A DNA stretch of 64,000 bases from Chrysomallon squamiferum (taxonomy: Eukaryota; Animalia; Mollusca). Positions 55,631 to 64,000 of this stretch are shown here, piece by piece. The notes below the pieces were generated by a model. The model made no database searches, had not been told where the DNA came from, and saw nothing but the letters and a program-made list of their open reading frames with translations. Made by a program: the position numbers and the translations under genes. How positions within the stretch are numbered: the first letter of the stretch is position 1; each line of letters begins with the position of its first letter. The stretch covers positions 8,928,001-8,992,000 of the forward strand of contig CM022679.1 in the NCBI GenBank assembly GCA_012295275.1. The letters run 5' to 3'.

Positions 55631-57289
55631 AAAAGAGCTAAGCCAGAAGAGGATACAGACTTTGTCATGTGTTGTGGAGATTTTTTTGAGTAAACAAGTC
55701 TACTTCTGGGAAAGTTCATTTGTAATTGCTGTGTGCAGGATATCTGTGCACTTACAATTGTTTTCCCACTTTGATCATTATCAAATAGTTCATTTGTCCA
55801 GATTTAGGTCTGTTTTAAAGAGATAAATGCAAGGAATTAACTGTGCACCTGTGGATTTTGTTATTGACCCAAAGCTGAGACACATGAAGAGCAGAAGTAA
55901 GTTGTTAGAATTGTTTTCTTTGAGATTTTGGAGAAAAATAACTTCCTCAAATGAGTTAATGATAGAGCTCACACGGAACAGTTTCATAATGTAAAGTGGT
56001 GTATGGTTAGTTGAGGTATCTTGTATAAGTTAGGGTCTAAAACACACTGCTTGATTGGTCTTGGAAATCTGAGGTAAGAATTAAAATTCAAAACATTTTA
56101 CTTAAATTTTTTTCCTTTTAAAACAATAAAAATGTTCCTTATCATCTGAGGTGTTTATTGTTTAATGTCTTTCATTTTAAACTTTGATTTAAAAATGTAT
56201 TTCTTGATAAAATATTCTGTAATTTTTAATTGGATTTTTTTTTTTAAAAATAAACCAAAACAAATCCCCCCACCCCAAACAAATACAGTCTTGTATGTTT
56301 TTGATTGTTTTATTGCATGTTAAAGTTAGTTACAGTACTTAGTATATTTTGTTATGTGAAATATGTTTTCATAACCATTTTTCACCATAAATTATAAAAT
56401 TCTTATGAAAAGAATCAGTACTAACATTAAAACATTAAGGAAAGTTATTTTTTTCTGTGCAGTATACAGCAGTTTGAATAAATGTTTACAGTTATGCACT
56501 GTCAGATACAGCATAAAAAGCTATTATGAAAATCAGAATTTCGAAGAAAATCCTTTTTTTAGTCTTTATGGATTTATCAGTATCTCCTAATCATGAAGCT
56601 TTATATATGATTTATGTTTTATTCCTTTAGTAGTTATCAGGTATAGACCTTCAAAAGTATGCAGTTACCTCTTTTTGTAATGTTCCTGCTATGAAGAAAC
56701 AAACTCATGACAATTATAATATTAAGAAAACGAAGATAGCAAATAATAATTTGAATTTTATCATTTTTTTTTTTTTTTTTTTTTTACTTTATGCTATAAA
56801 GAAATAAAGTGATGACGATTATAATATTAAGGAAAGGAGGACATTTTATTTAATAAATGTAAATTCAGAGTCAGATAGATTACTGTGAAGCCATCAAGGA
56901 AATCTTGTCACTCCTTTTACTGAATGGGATATTGTTATGATTCATGATTCTTCTCATGAAATGCAGACACACCTGACACATGTAGTATTTAGTATGGGAA
57001 GTTATGTGGTGATCTTTGAACTGCGGCTTGCTTCCTCATTGTTAGAAAGAAGTTCACTTGCATCACTGCTACGTAAAAGGACTGACTTACGACACTTCTG
57101 TAATTTGATTTCCCTCAGTGTGGTTTTAATCTGCATGCTTTTATTCTTTTTTTTTTTTTTTAATATATATATTTTTTTAAAGATAGGAGTGCTATGATAA
57201 CGATATTTTCATGTTTTCAGTTTTATATCCTGCTTGATTCAATACAACATTGTCACTTAACATTGTTTTGTACACTGTGCTTTACTGTT

Positions 57290-58855
57290 TCCTAACATTG
57301 ACTACTTTATGTGTGCTCTGTGATCTCTCTTAACACTGACTACTTTGTGTGCTCTGTCATCTTTCTTAACACTACTTTGTGTGTGCTCTGTCATCTCTCT
57401 TAACACTACTTTATGTGTGCTCTGTCATCTCTCTTAACACTACTTTATGTGTGCTCTGTCATCTCTCTTAACACTACTTTATGTGTGCTCTGTCATCTCT
57501 CTTAACACTACTTTATGTGTGCTCTGTCATCTCTTAACACTACTTTATGTGTGCTCTGTCATCTCTCTTAACACTACTTTATGTGTGCTCTGTCATCTCT
57601 CTTAACACTACTTTATGTGTGCTCTGTCATCTCTCTTAACACTACTTTATGTGTGCTCTGTCATCTCTCTTAACACTACTTTATGTGTGCTCTGTCATCT
57701 CTCTTAACACTACTTTATGTGTGCTCTGTCATCTCTCTTAACACTACTTTATGTGTGCTCTGTCATCTCTTAACACTACTTTATGTGTGCTCTGTCATCT
57801 CTCTTAACACTACTTTATGTGTGCTCTGTCATCACTGTTAACACTGACTACTTTGTGTGTGCTCTGTCATCTCTCTTAATATTACTTTATGTGTGCTCTG
57901 TCATCACTGTTAATACTACTTTATGTGTGCTCTGTCATCTCTCTTAATACTACTTTATGTGTGCTCTGTCATCTCTCTTAACACTGACTACTTTGTGTGT
58001 GCTCTGTCATCTCTCTTAACACTGACTACTTTATGTGTGCTCTGTCATCTCTCTTAACACTGACTACTTTATGTGTGCTCTGTCATCTCTCTTAACACTG
58101 ACTACTTTATGTGTGCTCTGTCATCTCTCTTAATACTACTTTATGTGTGCTCTGTCATCTCTCTTAACACTGACTACTTTATGTGTGCTCTGTCATCTCT
58201 CTTAACACTACTTTATGTGTGCTCTGTCATCTCTCTTAACACTACTTTATGTGTGCTCTGTCATCTCTCTTAACACTACTTTATGTGTGCTCTGTCATCT
58301 CTCTTAACACTACTTTATGTGTGCTCTGTCATCACTGTTAACACTGACTACTTTGTGTGTGCTCTGTCATCTCTCTTAATATTACTTTATGTGTGCTCTG
58401 TCATCACTGTTAATACTACTTTATGTGTGCTCTGTCATCTCTCTTAATACTACTTTATGTGTGCTCTGTCATCTCTCTTAACACTGACTACTTTGTGTGT
58501 GCTCTGTCATCTCTCTTAACACTGACTACTTTGTGTGCTCTGTCATCTCTCTTAACACTGACTACTTTATGTGTGCTCTGTCATCTCTCTTAACACTGAC
58601 TACTTTATGTGTGCTCTGTCATCTCTCTTAATACTACTTTATGTGTGCTCTGTCATCTCTCTTAACACTGACTACTTTATGTGTGCTCTGTCATCTCACT
58701 TAATACTACTTTATGTGTGCTCTGTCATCTCTCTTAATACCACTTTGTGTGTGCTCTGTCATCTCTCTTAACACTGACTACTTTGTGTGCTCTGTCATCT
58801 CTTAACACTGACTACTTTTGTGTGCTCTGTCATTCTCTCTTAACACTACTTTGAC
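57290..58855. repeat. 34/38-bp minisatellite, about 44 copies
   Basis: (actactttatgtgtgctctgtcatctctcttaac[actg])n. Confidence 0.95.
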
Positions 58856-59096
58856 TAAAATTGACAAGATTGCAAATTCCACTCAAAATACAGAATAAAC
58901 TTGTGTAATAATTCATCTAAGAAACTTTTGCTTTCCATCAGCAGAGTCTATTATTTATACATTTAAAAACATAATAAAAGTAATTAGAATTGAGCTTTGC
59001 ATTAATAATGTGATGTTATGTTAAATAAACACTAGGTATAAAGAACAGCAACTGATATTATAAGAAATGTTAAGCAAAATTCTACCCAGCTTAGCT

Positions 59097-59138
<42 letters not shown>

Positions 59139-59320
59139 AATATAATAAAATTAAATTTCACAAAACTCAAGGGTTTGTAACCACATTTTATATTACTATG
59201 CAAGAAATGATGTATGCTAGGCCGAATTAATTTGTTAGAAGTTATTAATAACCACCCAGACTGTTTGTGAATATTTATGGATTATTATTATTTAATTTGT
59301 TAATAAATGCAGTCTCACCA

Positions 59321-59363
<43 letters not shown>

Positions 59364-60976
59364 TGTACATATATGCATGTATAAGCTTTAATAATATTTT
59401 AAAATACTTCTATTCGTTAAAAATATATTTTTTTCACTAATTTTATTCAAGACTGGCTTAAACATCAGTTTCATTTCCATGGGCGTATCCTAAATTAATA
59501 TAGGAAAAACATACAGTATACCAGACACACACACACAATTGCATTTAAAAGATTTATTGATATATTACTATTATTATTATTATTAACTGTCATCCAGTAC
59601 AAAGAGAAAATCAAAGACCACATGCTGCCTAACTGTCACATGATTTCTAGGTCAACTGTGCTTAGTACCAGGCAGTGGAGTGACCTATTTCTTTCCATTT
59701 TGATGTCAAGCCAGCAGTTTACTTGAAATGGGTCAGCTTTAGTTGCTGGATTATATATTTAAAGTGCATAAGAATTAGGTTAACATGCTTATAATACAAT
59801 AGTATAGTCTGTGTTCAATGCATTAATTAATGTGGTTACTGAAATTTGAATTTAAGTAGATATATCTACTCCTGTTGCACTAAGTGGATTTGAACACAAA
59901 TCCTTATGCAGTGTTGTGTTACCAAGGTAACTGATGTTGTATAACTCCTGAATATTAGTTCCTTTATATGCAACTGGAAATGAAAATAATATACTTTCCA
60001 TGAAACAGTTATTCCGATGGTAAAATACTGGGAAATTTATAAATATTGCACGGTCAGTTACCTCATTATCATCCAAATGAAATACTGGAAATTATTTGTA
60101 TTTGGTCAATTGTAGAAAAATTGATTGTAAAAATTAATTTTATCATTGTTATTAACATCAGGCTGAAAATAACATACCTATGTAAAAACACTTGATGCAT
60201 TCTTTGCATGTCCAATTCATAATTAATAAGTAATTTCCTTTGTTTGAGAATACAAAAAAAACCAACCTGGTATGTTGTTATCAGTAGCATGGATTAAAAG
60301 TTAGCAGGTTATTGCCCTATCTCTGAGCTTGTAGTTACATCAGTGAATATACTACCCCACTGTGATACCCTAAAAACTGTGTGCTTGTGTATGTATGTAT
60401 TTGTCATTTTGTGTGTCTATATCTGCAGCTAGCTACCTGTCTATCTCTTGCCATACATACATACATATATATATACATGTACATATATTCACACTGATAC
60501 TACACACACACACACACCCTACATACATACAAACATACATAGTTTCATTCAGTTCAAATCAAGTTCCAATTAGACAGCTGTTGTCTGTCACATGTTAGCT
60601 ATATTGTGACTAACTCCCACATTGGCTCAGGTCAAATCATGTCACACACAACATGACCAACAGTCCACCCCCCCCAAAACCCCCCCTCCCACACTCCCAC
60701 ACGTGTCCTTGGTCATACTGCTGCGATCCCATGTCTGGCTATCTTTAATCTCTTTGTTTGTTCTCATTGTAAAATCAAGGCAAAGTTCAAGCTCACTCTT
60801 CTGGACGTGTAATCAATAGTATTCCTGGCATGCAGGAATTTGTAAATTAGTTATTATAATGAACTCTTAACTGAGATCAGACGTAATTTAAGGTGGGTGT
60901 GAATGCATTGGTGGGTTTGGGTATGGTTATATGTATGTATGTATGTATGTATGTGTGGTGTGTGCACATATGTAAA

Positions 60977-61060
<84 letters not shown>

Positions 61061-61199
61061 AGATTGTGAGACTTGTAGACATATTTGGGGATTAAATCAG
61101 TTTATGTAATTAAAGATAATAATGTTTTAATATACAGCATCTCAGTACATAATTTAGTCTACCGTGCAGTAAATAAAACATTTAAAACCACAATTCATA

Positions 61200-61710
61200 A
61201 TTCAACACTGCAGTAAGAAACATAAAGAGATCTATGACACTGCAGTAAGAAACATAAAGAGATGCATGACACTGCAGTAAGAAACATAAAGAGATCTATG
61301 ACACTGCAGTAAGAGAAAACTGCAGTAAGAAACATAAAGAGATGTATGACACTTCATAACAAAATTCAACATTGCAGTGAAAAACATAAAGAGATGTATG
61401 AAACATAAGAAAAGAGATCTATGGCACTGACACTAAGAAACATAAAGAAATGTATGACACTTCATCTATACATAACTCTATGACACTTCAGTAAGAAACA
61501 CTAAATGATTTATGATATGACACCAGTAAGAAACAATAAGAAATGTATGACACTTCAGTACATAATTCAACACTGCAATAAGAAGAATCAAAAGATGTAT
61601 GATACCTCAATACACAATTTAACAGTAAGATAGAGATGTATGACACTTCAGTGCATAATTCAACATTGCAGTAAGAAACATTATGAAATGCATGACACCC
61701 TGGCATACAA
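61200..61710. repeat. Diverged ~32-bp tandem repeat
   Basis: acactgcagtaagaaacataaagagatctatg copies that decay rightwards. Confidence 0.8.
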
Positions 61711-64000
61711 TTTACTCCACTGTTGTGAAGTGTTTATTTCCTGCTGTTCTGTCTGTTATTGATTGGCAGTAAGAGATAAACACATCCTTCACGTTAATAG
61801 TGATAGTGTAGTTGGAGCAGCAAATAACACATTCAGTTCGATCGGCAATCAATCGGATTGTTAAAGATGTGCATGCAAGTTAAATCAAGACATTTACATA
61901 ATGCATTTTGCTGTTGGCATTCATAAGCACATTAAAATATAAGGTGAAAGGTCGTATTGCACATGGTTTAGGTCATATAGATGAAAATAAAATTATTCAT
62001 TTTTAGTCTTCCATCAGTCTAATCAATAAATGTAATATGAAAATGTGGGGTTTTTTTGTTTGTTTTTTTTCTTTTGGGATTTGGAGTGCTGTTCAGAATA
62101 GCTATTCTGTTTGGTAGTTTGGTTAATTATTTATTTACTATAAATCATTTTTTCAATTATTGCCGGTGTTAGTAGTTATCTGATGTGGAATTGCACGTAA
62201 GATGTGGTGTTTTGAATTATTAAATGTTTTTCTGAACTGCACTCTCAGCAGTATTGCAGTTAAAGAAGACATACAGATTAATTAGTTTTATGTAAGTTAA
62301 TACTTCATTTTCTACACAAAATTAAGTTCCTGTGCTGCTCAATGTTTTAAATTAATGATTCAGTCTTTGTAATTAATTTCTTCAAGCTCAGTCTTTATAT
62401 GTAATTTGTGATGATTTTTATAAAGTAATTGTTGTTACATTTTGTACATTTTGCATCAGATACTTTACTACAACTGTTTTATAAGATGTAATATATTAAA
62501 GCATCATTTATTTGCATACATTGCAAACCAGCTCTAATATATATATATATATATATATATAAAAAAAAAAAAAAAACATTCTGAACATTTTAATGGCAGT
62601 GTTGAATAATTCATAACACATCCAGACTGAGGTTTTAATGGCTTGATCTTATTTCTGTATTGATATTGTTTTTATGATAATGCAACCTGTTATTACTTTT
62701 GATTACCAGCAACAGATCTTTTTATTTTTGTTCTTTTTACTTTTTTTTTGTGTCTCTGTGCATTTTGATACAGTCCATTGATACACAATCATAAAGAAAA
62801 CGAAATCTTTGCTCCGAAAATTAAATTTGAAAAAGGAAGACTATTCATCAAAAGTCTGTCATACTTCATTTTTAATATTAAAACTCAGTAAAATTTTGTT
62901 CAGCATTGATCTGCAAATTTCAAAGATCACTACCAAATTAAATTAAAAAAAAAAAAAAAAATTATATATATATATATTATATAATTTTGTTATCCATATA
63001 TTTGACAGTATTAAATTTTGTATGTCATCCAAGGACATGTTGAATATGACACTATTTCAACGGGTATAAATTAAATTTCCTTGTCATCAGAATCCTATTT
63101 CATAAGTTCAGCCATCTTTTTCTTCTTGTTAAGTTCCTAATCCAGTTACTTTGTTATATGCCTGTTCAGAAATCCTCACCCTGTAATACTTCATAACATA
63201 TTACAGGTTATCTTTATTATGAGCCATGTGAAAATTGGACTGAAATAAAACTGTATTTTTACACATATATTATATTAAAATAATATTGTGGTACAATTCT
63301 GTTATAGTAAAATTATATTAATCTTTCTTAAAAACATAGAGACTTTCCCTGTTTAAGGGAAGGAGTCCTTTAAATTTTTCTTATTGCTAACTGACGAGAA
63401 AATCCATCTTGTGGCAATGGTAGATCACCTATTTTAATATCATCATGATTATCACATAAATCAACATAGTTATCCAACAACCATCAACAGTAAGATGTTA
63501 AACAGCAATAAATATTCATATGTATTAAATATTCAAATGTCTGTCTAGAATACGAATATAAGACCTGAAAAACCGAAGTGCATATTTCTTTTCCTTTACC
63601 TCATATGACACTGGGACCACCAGAGTTTAAATGCAATTTGCCTACATTGTCATTGTCTTATCCCATACATAAGAAGAGGATTTGTTTTGAAAAGGGAACT
63701 AATTTAATTTGTGACCATGCCCCAAATAAAACATGACTGGAGGTGAAATGAAAATGTCAAGCCATCTCCAATGTTCAGACAGTGAGAAGCAGTCCATTAA
63801 ATGATATATTGTGTGCATTATGGACTACTTAAAATAACTCAACTGGGCTAAATTTAGAAATAGCTGACTAAATAACTGAGTTATTATTCTTCAGATGTTG
63901 TTCAGATAGAGAAAAGCAAATTAAATGACAGGACTAAGTGCTCTTGTGTTGGACATTTTGATAAATTTTTATCTTGATCATGTTACTTGATATATGCTAG

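Noticed and set aside
57290-58855. CRISPR-like regular repeats (also 15959-16812 and 40785-41520)
   Set aside because: There are no unique spacers and no cas genes, and the context is eukaryotic. These are head-to-tail minisatellites.
59600-64000. Possible coding exons of the downstream + strand gene
   Set aside because: I found no splice-bounded ORF with recognisable protein character; the region appears intronic or intergenic.

Overview
This is AT-rich, microsatellite-dense eukaryotic DNA. An invertebrate, plausibly mollusc or cephalopod, origin is inferred from composition only. Two intron-rich genes converge tail-to-tail. (1) On the + strand lie the 3' 28 exons (~2,500 aa, 5' end outside the window) of a polycystin-1 (PKD1)-like gene at <1-24530, with PKD repeats, REJ, GPS/GAIN, PLAT and an 11-TM channel-like region. 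One exon (19486) looks corrupted. (2) On the - strand lies a complete 14-exon Tweety (TTYH) gene, 51550-35550, 517 aa, reconstructed by hand and largely missed by the ORF track. A likely divergent + strand transcription unit starts at about 52.4-56.1 kb, with motif-rich promoters and no recognisable CDS. Mobile elements are a 949-bp foldback DD41D Tc1/mariner derivative sitting 7 nt into a TTYH intron, a Tigger4/Zombi-like MITE, a hAT-Charlie-like MITE and a mariner remnant. The most striking unexplained pattern is that many intronic minisatellites are unrelated to one another but are each seeded on, and contain, the neighbouring exon end and splice site, producing arrays of decoy donors or acceptors.
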